Both the position numbers and the translations under genes were made by a program. Shown piece by piece: positions 47,944 through 58,339 of a stretch of 64,000 nt of DNA. The first letter of the stretch is position 1; each line of letters opens with the position of its first letter. Source of the DNA: Dehalococcoidia bacterium (lineage in GTDB: Bacteria; Chloroflexota; Dehalococcoidia; Lucifugimonadales; UBA3495). The stretch is from positions 45,286-109,285 of the forward strand of contig CBDCYT010000006.1 of the NCBI GenBank assembly GCA_965224325.1, in the 5' to 3' direction. The notes below the pieces were generated by a model. The model did not search any database and was not told where the DNA came from. It was given only the letters and a program-made list of their open reading frames with translations.

Positions 47944-48741
47944 CTAACTCAGACCAGCCAGGAACTCCGCCACCACCCCATGGAACTCCTCGGGCTTTTC
48001 GATCTGGGGGGAATGACCGCAGTGGTCGATGACCTTGAGCGTGGCGCGGGGAAGCGCTTGTTGGTACAACTCTCCACATTCAGCGGGAACGATGGCGTCT
48101 TGCTTGCCCCAAACGATCAGCGCCGGAGTGGTTACTTTTTGCAGATAATGGGGCAGGCTGGGGTTGTTCATGTAGGGGCGCCAGCACAGGCGGGAGGCCA
48201 TCTCCCGGTTGGAGTGGTCCAGGTTCATCTCTTCCTGAGTCATCTCCCGGGCATATTGTTCGTAGTTAGCGACCTGTGAAGGGTCGTAGAACCGTTGCTT
48301 TAAACGGGTGTCGGCCCCAACCATGAAAATCTCCGCAATCTCTCCCTGTTGAGGTTTGATGCCCACGGGATCGATCAGGACTAAACCCTTGAGTTGGTGA
48401 TCGTTCATGGCCGCCATTTCCGCCGAGACCCATCCTCCCATGGAGGAGCCCATTAGGATGAACTGGTCCAAGCCGAGGGTTCCAACCACTTGCTGGGCAA
48501 AGTGGGCGACGTCGGTAATGGTGCTAATCCATGCGGGATTGGGGGTGCCGTTGAATCCGGGCAATGACGGCGCGTACACCCGGTAGCTCTTGGCCAACTC
48601 TTCGTGATACGGCTGCCATCCCGGATTGCCCCCAGCTCCGTGAAGGTAGAGCAGCCCGGGCCCGGAGCCGCCGGAGAACATCTGTACTTGGGCGCCGCCC
48701 ACCGTTAGTGTGGACTCGTTAGCACTCTGGGTGGTTGTCAT
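47944..48741 (-). CDS. alpha/beta-fold hydrolase
   Basis: 265 aa; HGAGG oxyanion region, GSSMGG nucleophile elbow, C-terminal GH. Confidence 0.85.
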   Translation of the reverse strand: MTTTQSANESTLTVGGAQVQMFSGGSGPGLLYLHGAGGNPGWQPYHEELAKSYRVYAPSLPGFNGTPNPAWISTITDVAHFAQQVVGTLGLDQFILMGSSMGGWVSAEMAAMNDHQLKGLVLIDPVGIKPQQGEIAEIFMVGADTRLKQRFYDPSQVANYEQYAREMTQEEMNLDHSNREMASRLCWRPYMNNPSLPHYLQKVTTPALIVWGKQDAIVPAECGELYQQALPRATLKVIDHCGHSPQIEKPEEFHGVVAEFLAGLS

Positions 48742-49100
48742 GGAGTTAACCTCGTCTTCGTTATTAACCTTCTGCGTCTAATGGGTCGCTGGGGCGCCGC
48801 CGCTACCGGGCGCGCCCGCCCAAGCGCATATCCGCAGCAGTATGGCGCCTAACCGATTCTGGTGTAAAAGCATAATGTTGTCAAGCTGGGCTCGACGCCT
48901 GCCCGGGGCAGCGGTGTAGCATCCGTGTTAATACCCCGTTAATACCCCCGTTCGTTAGCAATGGCCGGAAGAATGCCTGGAAGCATGGCTGGGAAGGGCG
49001 CTAAACCGGTGCTGTATCTGCCGGTTGCCGGGGAGAGAATGTATTCGTGGCCGTGCCAGACGTTCCAACGACGGGCGGAACGATGGCCGCCTCCTCAAAG

Positions 49101-49291
49101 ACCCCGTCTCGGAAGTCTCCCCTCACGATTTGGGCGGGCCCAACCTGACGGGTTGCTAGTATTAACCGCCTAAACCGGTATTGAATGCGGCTTGATAACC
49201 CGTCATTCCCGCGAAGCTCGTCCCCGACCCCGACCGGGGAGCGGGAATCCAGAAAGGTAGGATCCTGGAGGACTCAGCTTTATGGGACAAG
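49101..49291 (+). mobile_element. type I mosaic MITE-like element, copy C (single long hairpin module)
   Basis: Flanked by an exact 10-bp direct repeat CTCCTCAAAG (49091-49100 and 49292-49301). Confidence 0.75.
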
Positions 49292-49352
49292 CTCCTCAAA
49301 GTCCTCGCCTTTGTTAAGAAGCGTCTAAGAGGCGATGGCCCTGCCGCACTTC

Positions 49353-50216
49353 TCAGCCGAGAAAATCGGCGGTCCAGCGGCTGTAGTCGCTCCGGCGGGT
49401 GACTTGGTCCATCAACTCCGAGGAGGCCAATTGGGGGCCAAGGTCTGAGGGAGCGACGCCGTCGCGCAGCGCCTTCAGGGTGTCATGCACCGCTTTCACG
49501 GCGGCCTGAAAGGGCAGGTGTCCCTGCAGGGCAATACGCACGCCTTGAGCCGCGAGAAATTGGGGGTCTCCCAGGTCCAGCCCCCCGCCTCCCAGCAGCA
49601 GGGGAATGTCAACTTCGGCGTGGACTGCCTGCAATTCCTCTTTGGTCCGCGCCCCAACAAGGAACATGGCGTCGACCCCGGCGTTTTGATACGCCCTAGC
49701 CCGTTTGACGGCCTCGGGTATCCCACCAGAGCGCAGGGCGCTGGTACGGCCTGCGATGACCAATGCGGGGTCTTGCCTGGCTGCCAGGGCCGCCTTCATC
49801 TTCCCGACGCCCTCCTCCAGGGAGATCAATTGCTCCTCGCCATTCGCTCCGAAACTTCGAGGCAGAACGGTGTCCTCGATGGTCAGCCCCGCTACGCCCG
49901 CAGTCTCCAACTCCTCCACGGTGCGCATCACGCTTAGGGCGTTGCCGTAGCCGTGGTCGGCGTCAACCATGAGACTCAGGTCCCCGGCCCGGCAGATGCG
50001 GTGAATCTGTTGAGCAAACTCGGTCAGCGTCAGGACTATTAGATCGGGGGCGCCCAGCACCGTACCGGAAGCGATGGAGCCGGCAAACATCCCCACTTCG
50101 AAGCCCAGGTCTTCAGCTATCCGGGCTGAAATGGGGTCGAACACCGAGGCTGGGTGAACGCACTGATGGCCCTCGATAATGGACCGGTACCGCTGGCGTC
50201 TCTGGGTTAAGTTCAT
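49353..50216 (-). CDS. isocitrate lyase / PEP mutase superfamily enzyme (oxaloacetate decarboxylase or methylisocitrate-lyase-like)
   Basis: 287 aa; VDADHGYGN, AGLTIEDT. Confidence 0.8.
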   Translation of the reverse strand: MNLTQRRQRYRSIIEGHQCVHPASVFDPISARIAEDLGFEVGMFAGSIASGTVLGAPDLIVLTLTEFAQQIHRICRAGDLSLMVDADHGYGNALSVMRTVEELETAGVAGLTIEDTVLPRSFGANGEEQLISLEEGVGKMKAALAARQDPALVIAGRTSALRSGGIPEAVKRARAYQNAGVDAMFLVGARTKEELQAVHAEVDIPLLLGGGGLDLGDPQFLAAQGVRIALQGHLPFQAAVKAVHDTLKALRDGVAPSDLGPQLASSELMDQVTRRSDYSRWTADFLG

Positions 50217-50454
50217 GGGGCCCCCTCAAGTCCGCAAGCCTGCTGTATACTGGTGATCCGCGCCTGCGACCGTCGCCCATTCTATCACAAGGGCGCCTGG
50301 GCACCTGGACACAAGCCACCCATACATGGCCGTCAGTAAATTTCTCCGCCGCCTGTTCTCCGGGGCATGGGTCTGAGCAACTTGACGGACGTCGAGCAAC
50401 CCAGGACGGCCGGTGGGACCACTCATTCGCTTCTCGAGGGCGGCCTCCCTCTAT

Positions 50455-50547
50455 GAACGAGAAATCCAGAACGAGAAACCCAACGAGAAAACCTCTGGGC
50501 AACTGAGCAGGCCAGTTGTTCGAAATATCCCAGGTTTTCGAAATATC
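50455..50547. repeat. iterated motifs in a divergent intergenic region: 3 x GAACGAGAAAYCCA (14-nt period) and 2 x TTCGAAATATC (18-nt period)
   Basis: Read directly between the PEP-mutase-family gene (-) and the DUF429-like gene (+). Confidence 0.8.
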
Positions 50548-50574
50548 TAAGAAGCACCTGGTAAATAGGGCGTT

Positions 50575-51486
50575 TTGGAGCCGGAGTTGCAAATCTTAGG
50601 AGTGGATTTCAGCGGCGCCAAGACCGACGACCGCACGTGGGTGGCGCAGGGAGCATTGAGCGCCGGCGTATTGGCCCTCCACGACTGCGCTCCGATGGGC
50701 CGGGCGAAGCTCTCAGAGACTCTTTCGTCCTTGCCCGGAGGCTCGGTAGCCGCCTTGGACTTCCCCTTCTCCGTCCCCGAGAGCTTCGCCCGCTTCTGGC
50801 AACCGGAAGCCGTCAATATGCCGGACTTGTGGGCCGCCGCCGCCGCCATGGATCTGGGCCAGTTCCTGGTCCTGCGAGACCGGTTCGTTGCCCGCTGGGG
50901 CGAGCCCAAGCGTCGCGGCGACCTGAACTTTCCTGAGTGTTACTCCTGCCTGCACCAGGCCAACCCCAACATGGTGCCCATGACGTTTTACGGCATGCGG
51001 ATGCTGGACTCCCTGTGGCGGGCCGGTTGCTCCGTCCCTCCATTGGAGTCCCACATGGAGTCCCACATGGACTCGCCGTTGGAGTCCCCGGGAAAGTCAG
51101 ACGGTGAGCCGGACCGGGATTCAACCGGCGGCAATAGGCCCGTCTTGTTGGAAGCGATGCCCGGCGCAGCCCTCAAGGCGCTGCAATTGCCCCATAAGGG
51201 ATACAAGAACGGGGCCAACGCCCACCGGTTGCGGCAACGTATCCTCGAGGGTTTGGAAGCTCGGTCCGGGGTAGAAATTGAGAACTTGGACCCTTACAGG
51301 GACCTCTGCCTGGAAAGCCACGACTGCTTGGACGCGGTAGTGGCCGCGGTGGCCGCCTCTCTTTGGGCCGGCGGCCCCTCGGTCTTCCTGAGGCCTTGCG
51401 TGGCCGGTCCCAATGCGCCGGATAGGGTGGCTCTACTGGAAGGCTGGCTGTACGCGCCCACCTCGCTGGGCCGGTCCGGCCCCTGA
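50575..51486 (+). CDS. DUF429-like (predicted RNase-H-fold) protein
   Basis: ILGVDFSG N-terminus and HDCLDAVVAAVAA C-terminal motif resemble DUF429; start may be TTG 50587; in-frame 12-nt duplication gives ESHMESHM. Confidence 0.45.
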   Translation: MEPELQILGVDFSGAKTDDRTWVAQGALSAGVLALHDCAPMGRAKLSETLSSLPGGSVAALDFPFSVPESFARFWQPEAVNMPDLWAAAAAMDLGQFLVLRDRFVARWGEPKRRGDLNFPECYSCLHQANPNMVPMTFYGMRMLDSLWRAGCSVPPLESHMESHMDSPLESPGKSDGEPDRDSTGGNRPVLLEAMPGAALKALQLPHKGYKNGANAHRLRQRILEGLEARSGVEIENLDPYRDLCLESHDCLDAVVAAVAASLWAGGPSVFLRPCVAGPNAPDRVALLEGWLYAPTSLGRSGP

Positions 51487-51802
51487 ACGAGCTCGAGACG
51501 CGGGGTCCCTGCGCTCCTTAGGCTGCCGGCGGGATAAACGGCTTTGCCCGTTTCCCGCGCGCAAAAGCTTGCCGCATTTCTTACAGCAGTTAATGCCTGG
51601 ATTTTCAGTGCCATGCCCAGGTTGGCCATGCCCAGGTTGCCCGCCCCTTGGGAATCCGTTAAGCTGGGGGACAGCCTGGACCAGGCTCCCCTTTGCGGAT
51701 GGAACATTAGCTGGAACACTCGTGGGGACACCGGTGTCGCACCTCTCGGGGTGTGTTTGGGCAATACGCCCGGAAGACCGGGCGGGATCGGGAGGCTTTT
51801 GA

Positions 51803-52141
51803 ATGGGTATCTACCGGCTGTACACCGGTCAGGACAGCCAGTCTCACGTAGAAGAGCTGGCCCTGGCTTCCCACCCGGCATTGGCGGAGGGCCAGGATAC
51901 GAAAGACATCACCTTTCGGGAGTGGCCGGCCGGCCACTTCATTGACTGGCATCCGGCGCCGCGCCGTCAGTACGTTATTTCCCTGTCGGGCCAGATCGAG
52001 ATAGGTTTGGGGGACGGGACCACCAGCCGTTACGGTCCCGGCGACGCCCGCTTGGTGGAAGACACCACCGGGCAGGGTCACACCACCAGGGTGGTCGGAG
52101 ACCAACCCAGTATCACGGCGGTGATTCCCCTGGCGGACTAG
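51803..52141 (+). CDS. small cupin-like protein (paralogue 1)
   Basis: 112 aa; shares HPAPRRQYV..LSG....G.GDG......PGD..LVED.TG.GH with 52374..52712. Confidence 0.55.
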   Translation: MGIYRLYTGQDSQSHVEELALASHPALAEGQDTKDITFREWPAGHFIDWHPAPRRQYVISLSGQIEIGLGDGTTSRYGPGDARLVEDTTGQGHTTRVVGDQPSITAVIPLAD

Positions 52142-52373
52142 ACCCACCTCCGGGAATGCGCCGAAAGTGAGACGGGCCCGGCTGGAAGGATGGCGTCCGC
52201 ACCCCGGGCAGGCGCACGGGAACGATTCTAGCCCGGTGAGTTTTGGCCGGGTAAGTTTTGGCCCGGTAAACTTTGGCGCCGAAGACCGTGGGTAGCCGCG
52301 GAGCGCCGTGTTGGTTAGCTTAGTTATGAAATCGGCCTGTAAGACAGCCGTGTAAGACCTTGAAGGAGACAAC

Positions 52374-52712
52374 ATGCAGATAGTCAGAGTTTATTCCGGC
52401 AGCGATGGTGAGTCCTATTTCGAAGACCTGACCGCGGAGCAGTTCGCCGAGATCGTCAACCGGGTTGGCGAGGGCGACGTCACCCTCATGCAACGGACTT
52501 CCCCTTCCTTCATGGACTACCATCCGGCGCCCCGGCGCCAGTACGTGGTGAACCTGTCCGGGACCGCTGAGTTCGAGACTGCCGATGGGTCGGTGCGGCG
52601 CTTGGTTCCGGGCGACGTCCTGGTGGCCGAAGACGTGACCGGTCACGGGCACATCGCCCGCGCCATTGGAGACGAGTTGCGGGTATCCTTGGCGGTGCCC
52701 CTGGCCGAATAG
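52374..52712 (+). CDS. small cupin-like protein (paralogue 2)
   Basis: 112 aa, same length and motif set as 51803..52141; GAAGGAGA upstream. Confidence 0.55.
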   Translation: MQIVRVYSGSDGESYFEDLTAEQFAEIVNRVGEGDVTLMQRTSPSFMDYHPAPRRQYVVNLSGTAEFETADGSVRRLVPGDVLVAEDVTGHGHIARAIGDELRVSLAVPLAE

Positions 52713-52867
52713 CCCCACGACTCGGTTAGCTTCCTTCGTGACGTCCTCGCGGAGTCCTGCCCCAGCCAAAAAAGGGCCAATTCTCCCTTTTGTGGTAGGC
52801 GGGAGAGTATGCGGGTCCCGTTGTACCCGTGTGCCCGGCGAAACGGCTCCGCAGGGGCGTGGTGGGC

Positions 52868-54298
52868 TTACCCGGCTCCCAATAGCACCGAGTGAAGGTG
52901 CAGTAGGCCTTGCTGGCGGCGCGCGCTGTTTACTACCGCCAGCCAAGACGGTTCCAGCAACTGCTCCCGCATCTCCCGGATTAAGTTATTGTCCTGCAGC
53001 TTGCCGAACCGTTGGTACGTCTCCAAGTAATTCCCGGCGTCTCCGGCGCCGCTTTGGGAAATGCCGGCGCCGGCCCAGGCGTTCAGGAAGGGCAGCACTC
53101 CATTGACCGCCAAGTCTGCGGCCCGTCCTTTTCCGATGTAGGCCTGTCCTTGACTCTGGCCGTCCCCCACCGTAAGGGCTTCCGTGAGCCGGCGGGGGCT
53201 GCCTTGGTCCGCAGCCTGGCGCAAGCCGGCGGCCAGGCCTTGGTCGAGGAAGCGGTCCAGCAATCTCGCTGCCCCGGCGATACGGCGGCGGGGATGGTTG
53301 GAGGGGCGGAGCCGGAAGCAGTGCCACTCCTGAGCGGCCATGGCGGTCCCGAAGCCGGCCTTGGGCGGAGGCCTAGTCGGCTTGCCGTGCCCGGTCGAGT
53401 CAGTCCCGGGCAACTCGGGCGAAAACCCGGCAAGGTTGAACAACCACCCCTCCAACGCCTGTGCCCGGTTTTCATGAAATCCCGGAACTCCTGGAAAACC
53501 CGGAAATCTTGGCACACGGAGCGCCGTCACCAAAGCTGAGTATGGAGCCCTTCCCTCCAGCTTCAAAAAAGGCTGCTGATTGGCGTGGTACCCCAAGCCC
53601 TCCATTATTCCTTCGTATAGGGTTTGGTCGGGGTCCTGCTCCGAAAGCAGCGTGGAAAGGTAGGCGCTTTTGACCAAAAAGCGGCGGTCGCCGGCCTGGT
53701 CCAATAGGGCGGCCGCCTCGCCGGAGGTCTCCGGACGGCAGTAACCCTGCCGCCCAAGCACCTCCCATAGAGCGCCGTTGGGACCGGCCTCCGGCGGCTC
53801 CGGAGTCCCGAGCAGCGGTTCGAGGGAGACTACGTGAGCCTGTTGGCCGCTCCTCAAGTCCGTGGTTGACGACTCTACCTTCAGTGCTGCGTGAAGCACC
53901 ACGCCATTGTAATTGGGGTCCTGGCCGTGACCGTGATGGCGCCAGTCGCTCTGGCGGACGTGAATTTCAACGTCGCCCCGGACCAGTCCCACACCCTCCA
54001 CTTCCAACAACGCGTCCAGGAAATCCGGTCCGGCGGCTGTGCCGGACCGTCCCGGATAGATTACCCGGACCAGGCGTCCCGCTTCGGTATGAAAAGACCT
54101 TTGACGGGCCGCTCGTTTCTGCCACAAGCGCGCCAGCAACACCTCGGGAATGCGGGAGTTTCCCCCCGAGCGCCGGCCATTCGGCCGGGACAACCGGTAA
54201 GAGTCCTCCGCCGGTCCCTCCCGCAGGACAGTTCGGGTCACTGCATCTCGGGTCATCACATCTACCATGGGAGCGACGATAACATATTTTAGCCCCAT
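52868..54298 (-). CDS. DUF2851-family protein
   Basis: PGRSGTAAGPDFLDALLEVEG...GDVEIHVRQSDWRHHGHGQDPNYNGVVLHA matches my recollection of DUF2851; start uncertain. Confidence 0.55.
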   Translation of the reverse strand: MGLKYVIVAPMVDVMTRDAVTRTVLREGPAEDSYRLSRPNGRRSGGNSRIPEVLLARLWQKRAARQRSFHTEAGRLVRVIYPGRSGTAAGPDFLDALLEVEGVGLVRGDVEIHVRQSDWRHHGHGQDPNYNGVVLHAALKVESSTTDLRSGQQAHVVSLEPLLGTPEPPEAGPNGALWEVLGRQGYCRPETSGEAAALLDQAGDRRFLVKSAYLSTLLSEQDPDQTLYEGIMEGLGYHANQQPFLKLEGRAPYSALVTALRVPRFPGFPGVPGFHENRAQALEGWLFNLAGFSPELPGTDSTGHGKPTRPPPKAGFGTAMAAQEWHCFRLRPSNHPRRRIAGAARLLDRFLDQGLAAGLRQAADQGSPRRLTEALTVGDGQSQGQAYIGKGRAADLAVNGVLPFLNAWAGAGISQSGAGDAGNYLETYQRFGKLQDNNLIREMREQLLEPSWLAVVNSARRQQGLLHLHSVLLGAG

Positions 54299-54500
54299 CC
54301 AGCAGACCCGGCTCTTCTTGGGCCGGGTCTCGAAGGTTGCTGTTGCAGACCCGCGGGAGATTCAGGGCGACGACGTCCGAGACGACCCCGGGGATCATTC
54401 TCTTGCTCTTTCTGGGGCCGGGTCGTAAAATGGCCCACAATCGCGATCCTATATATAATAGTGTTTCTTAAAATCGCTGTTTTAAAGAGGTTTAACGATC

Positions 54501-55715
54501 ATGGCAAGCCTCAAACATCCGCTGGAAGACATTCGGGTTATTGATTTGGGCCGTCACCAAGCGGGCCCCAGATGCGGTCAGGTGCTGGCCCGCATGGGCG
54601 CCGAGGTCATCAAAGTGGAAAGGCTGGGGGGCGAAGAGACCCGCTATCATGGGCCGTGGGTCCGCAAGCAAAGCTCCTACTGGGTCCAATACAATTCAGG
54701 CAAGAAGAGCCTGAGCATAGACATGCGGAAGGACAAAGCTAAAGAGGTGCTCCGCAAGCTGGTGGAGGTTTCCGACGTGCTGGTGCAGAACTTCCGTCCG
54801 GGGACCATCGAGAACATGGGTTTCGGCTACGACGTGCTTAGGGAGTTGAACCCCAGGATCATAATGGTCAACGTGTCGGCCTACGGCCAGTTCGGGCCCT
54901 ACAGGGACAACATAGGATACGATCCCATCGGCCAGACCATGTCGGGGATCACCATGGTTACCGGCGAAGAAGGCATGCCTCCCATACGCACCGGGGTGCC
55001 CATCATCGATCGTATCACGTCCCTCCACGCCGCCATAGGTACGCTTTCCGCCCTGCATGAACGCCAGATCTCCGGTGAGGGCCAGTCCATGGACGTTTGC
55101 CTGGCCGACACCGGTTACAGTATGACCGAGATCCCAATAACCGCTTACCACGGCACCAAGATTCCTCCCAAGCGGGGCGAATCCACTGCTCCGCCCAGCG
55201 GCATTTACCCTTGTAAGGGGGGCTGGGTGTTGTTGTCCGCTGGGGACCAGCATCACTGGCACCGGGTGTGCAACGCGCTGGGGAAGCCGGAGTGGTTGGA
55301 GGACCCTCGCTTTACCACTCGCCACGAGCGGTCCAGCAACCGCGTGTTGGTCGACGACGCCTTGAAAGAACTGCTATCCGCCATGACCATGGAGCAGGCC
55401 ATCAGCCACTTTACTCAGCACGACGTGGTGGCCGCGCCGGTCAACACCATCCCCATGGCCGCAGAAGACCCCCACCCCTGGGAACGCGGGACCATGGTGG
55501 AAGTGCCTGACTTTCTGGCGGGGGACATCGCGGTTTCCGGGGACTACTGGCACTTCAGCCGTACCCCGGTGGTGGTGGGCTCAACGCCTCAAGTTGGCGA
55601 ACACAACGATGAAGTCCTTTGCGATATGCTGGGCTATTCGACGGAGGAAGTAGCACAGATGCGCGCGGAGCAAGTCATCGGCGAGGCCCACGAGTATGAC
55701 CAAATACCCGGTTAG
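54501..55715 (+). CDS. class-III CoA-transferase (CaiB/BaiF family)
   Basis: 404 aa; IRVIDLGRHQAGPRCGQVLARMGAEVIKVE. Confidence 0.9.
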   Translation: MASLKHPLEDIRVIDLGRHQAGPRCGQVLARMGAEVIKVERLGGEETRYHGPWVRKQSSYWVQYNSGKKSLSIDMRKDKAKEVLRKLVEVSDVLVQNFRPGTIENMGFGYDVLRELNPRIIMVNVSAYGQFGPYRDNIGYDPIGQTMSGITMVTGEEGMPPIRTGVPIIDRITSLHAAIGTLSALHERQISGEGQSMDVCLADTGYSMTEIPITAYHGTKIPPKRGESTAPPSGIYPCKGGWVLLSAGDQHHWHRVCNALGKPEWLEDPRFTTRHERSSNRVLVDDALKELLSAMTMEQAISHFTQHDVVAAPVNTIPMAAEDPHPWERGTMVEVPDFLAGDIAVSGDYWHFSRTPVVVGSTPQVGEHNDEVLCDMLGYSTEEVAQMRAEQVIGEAHEYDQIPG

Positions 55716-56101
55716 ACACATCCCCCGTTAGGCAGATGCCCGGCTAGGCCGGCTGCCGCCGGCGGGCCCTCTCCAAAACCGCGGGACAAGAACGGTCTGG
55801 CACCGAAATACCGAAATAAGGAGAAGGCGGCCGACGGCCTTCTTCCGCTCCGGTCAGGGACCCAACTCCGGAATCTTTTGAATTCCAGTAGGTGTGTGAT
55901 ATGCTGGCGCCGTCTGAACAGCCTCGTTTTTAAGCCGCGTCACCGCCGGAAAGCTTCACCCGCGCGGTTTCTATTTCAACCGGCAACGGGTCCAACCGGC
56001 GACGGGTCCAACCGGCGCCGGGACCGGCGGCCAACGTCCCCAGCGTTCAAGAATAGCAGTCGCCGGTCGCTATGCGGATGCTGGGAAGGAGGTGAGAGCG
56101 G

Positions 56102-57163
56102 GTGGTTATCCTTTGGACGCTCGCAGCCTTGGGCGCCGGAGGTTTTACGGTTCTCGGCTGGACATCAAGAGTAATTATTTCCGAATTGTCCTCTAATGAG
56201 GAACGGTGTTTACCAAACGGGGTGTCCCTACCCCTCACTGCGCTGCCGGTTGGAGCCCATTTTGCGTCTCACTTTACGTTGAAGCCCTGGCGCAAAGGCA
56301 GCGATTACATCAGTTCCATCCCCGGCTCCACCTTGATCAGTGGCACCGCGGGGCTGCTGGTGGGTCTGGTGGTGGCCTCGCTGATATCGATCCCCCTCTA
56401 CAGCTTTAGCGGATGGCAGGGGTGGGGCGTGCCCATCATAGTGAGCGCGGTCCTGGGAATTGGCGGCCTTTGGGTCGGGGCGAGCCGGAAGGGGGACGTG
56501 CAGGCCGTCTTCCCGGCGCTGGAGGCCAGCAATGGAACGGGAAGCCCGCCTGCCGGGCGCACCCGCAACCGGAAGATCCTGGTGGACACCAGCGCTATCA
56601 TCGACGGACGCATGGCAGACCTGAGCACTACCGGGTTCCTTGAGGGAGTCCTGGTTGTCCCCAGGTTTATTTTAGACGAGTTGCGCCACATCGCTGATTC
56701 CGCGGACCCCTTGCGGCGCGCCCGTGGGCGCCGGGGGTTGGAAGTGCTGGGGCGCCTGCGGAAAGATAACTCCATCCCAGTGGAGGTCCTCGACGTGGGG
56801 GTCAGCCCCGGCGAGGAGGTTGACTCCAGTCTGGTGCAGTTGGCCCGCAGCATGAAATCCCCAATCCTTACCACCGACTTCAACCTCAACCGGGTGGCCG
56901 AGCTTCAGGGAGTGCAGGTGCTGAACGTCAACGAGCTGGCCAACTCCCTCAAGTCCATCGTCTTGGCCGGGGAAGAATTGCGGGTGAACATCATCCAAGA
57001 GGGCAAAGAGGCGGGCCAGGGCGTGGCGTACTTGGACGACGGGACCATGGTGGTGGTGGATGGGGGCCGGCGCTACCTCAACGCCTTCCACGACGTGGTG
57101 GTGACCCGGGTGCTCCCGACCGCTGCCGGCCGGATCATATTCGCTCAACCCAAGGGTGGTTGA
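56102..57163 (+). CDS. yacL: PIN + TRAM domain membrane-anchored protein (YacL-like)
   Basis: 353 aa; N-terminal TM segments, PIN core (ILVDTSAIIDGR), C-terminal TRAM; conserved yacL-ispD-ispF-cysS order. Confidence 0.8.
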   Translation: MVILWTLAALGAGGFTVLGWTSRVIISELSSNEERCLPNGVSLPLTALPVGAHFASHFTLKPWRKGSDYISSIPGSTLISGTAGLLVGLVVASLISIPLYSFSGWQGWGVPIIVSAVLGIGGLWVGASRKGDVQAVFPALEASNGTGSPPAGRTRNRKILVDTSAIIDGRMADLSTTGFLEGVLVVPRFILDELRHIADSADPLRRARGRRGLEVLGRLRKDNSIPVEVLDVGVSPGEEVDSSLVQLARSMKSPILTTDFNLNRVAELQGVQVLNVNELANSLKSIVLAGEELRVNIIQEGKEAGQGVAYLDDGTMVVVDGGRRYLNAFHDVVVTRVLPTAAGRIIFAQPKGG

Positions 57164-57884
57164 TCCTTTCATGCCTTCATCCTCGGGTCAGCCTCAGGAA
57201 ATCCCTCCCGTGGTCAGGATTGGGGCCGTTGTCGCGGCGGCAGGCAAAAGCAGCCGGATGGAAGGCGCCGACAAGACCTTTGCCCTAGTTCAGGGCGTTC
57301 CTCTCATCGCCCATACCCTTGACCGGTTGGAGAGTTTCCCCCCGGTCTCGGAAATCGCCCTGATGCTGGCCGAGACCAACCTGGAGCAGGGCAAGACACT
57401 GGTCCGGCAGCGCGGTTACGGCAAGGTTTCCCAGGTCCTCCTTGGAGGCGCCAGACGCCAGGACTCGGTGCGATGCGGAATCGAATCTCTGGCGCCTTGC
57501 GATTGGGTCATAATCCAGGACGGGGCCCGTCCCTGCCTGGACCACGCCATGCTGCGGCGGGGCCTTGAAGCCGCCCAGGAGTCAGGAGCCGCGGTGGCCG
57601 GAGTGCCGGTCAAGGACACCATAAAGGTTGTATCCTCCCAAGCCGTGGTGAGGGAAACTCCGCCGAGAGACCGGCTCTGGGCGGCCCAAACTCCTCAGAT
57701 ATTCCGTTACTCTCTGTTGGTGGACGCCCACCGGCGCTGCACCGAACCGGTGACCGACGATGCGGCTATGCTGGAAGGGCTGGGGCATCAGGTCAAGATG
57801 TTCCTGGGTTCCTACGAGAACCTTAAGGTGACTACACCCGAAGACCTGGCGGTAGCCGAGATCTTTCTCAGGTCCCGCACTTGA
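57156..57884 (+). CDS. ispD: 2-C-methyl-D-erythritol 4-phosphate cytidylyltransferase
   Basis: AVVAAAGKSSRM, IQDGARP motifs; start is either GTG 57156 (overlaps the yacL stop) or ATG 57171. Confidence 0.9.
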   Translation: MVDPFMPSSSGQPQEIPPVVRIGAVVAAAGKSSRMEGADKTFALVQGVPLIAHTLDRLESFPPVSEIALMLAETNLEQGKTLVRQRGYGKVSQVLLGGARRQDSVRCGIESLAPCDWVIIQDGARPCLDHAMLRRGLEAAQESGAAVAGVPVKDTIKVVSSQAVVRETPPRDRLWAAQTPQIFRYSLLVDAHRRCTEPVTDDAAMLEGLGHQVKMFLGSYENLKVTTPEDLAVAEIFLRSRT

Positions 57885-57885
57885 G

Positions 57886-58225
57886 CCCGTCTCAGAAGTC
57901 TCCACTCACGATTCTGTGCGGACGCAACCTGACGGGTGACTATTATTAACCGCCTAAGTCGGTATTGGCTGCCTGAACCAGTATTGAATGCGGCTCAATA
58001 ACCCGTCATTAACCCGTCATTCCCGCCTTCCGTCATTCCCGCGAAGCTCGTCCCCGACCCCGATCAGGGAGTGGGAATCCAGACTCAATAACCCGTCATT
58101 TCCGCGAAGCTCGTCCCCGATCCCGATCGGGGAGCGGGAATCCAGACTCAATAACCCGTCATTCCCGCGAAAGCGGGAATCCAGAAAGGTAGGGTGCTGG
58201 AGGACCCAGCTTTATGAGACAAGCT
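57886..58225 (+). mobile_element. type I mosaic MITE-like element, copy D (two long plus one short hairpin module)
   Basis: Flanked by an exact 8-bp direct repeat CACTTGAG (57878-57885 and 58226-58233); the left repeat contains the ispD stop codon. Confidence 0.8.
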
Positions 58226-58339
58226 CACTTGAGGCCCTTGGGTGCTCCTACGCCTGTAGCAAGCGGCAAGGCCAGGCGCGATGAACACAGGCATCTCCAA
58301 TTGGGCGTCTGTGACTAATAAATGTAGGCGGATAATTTC

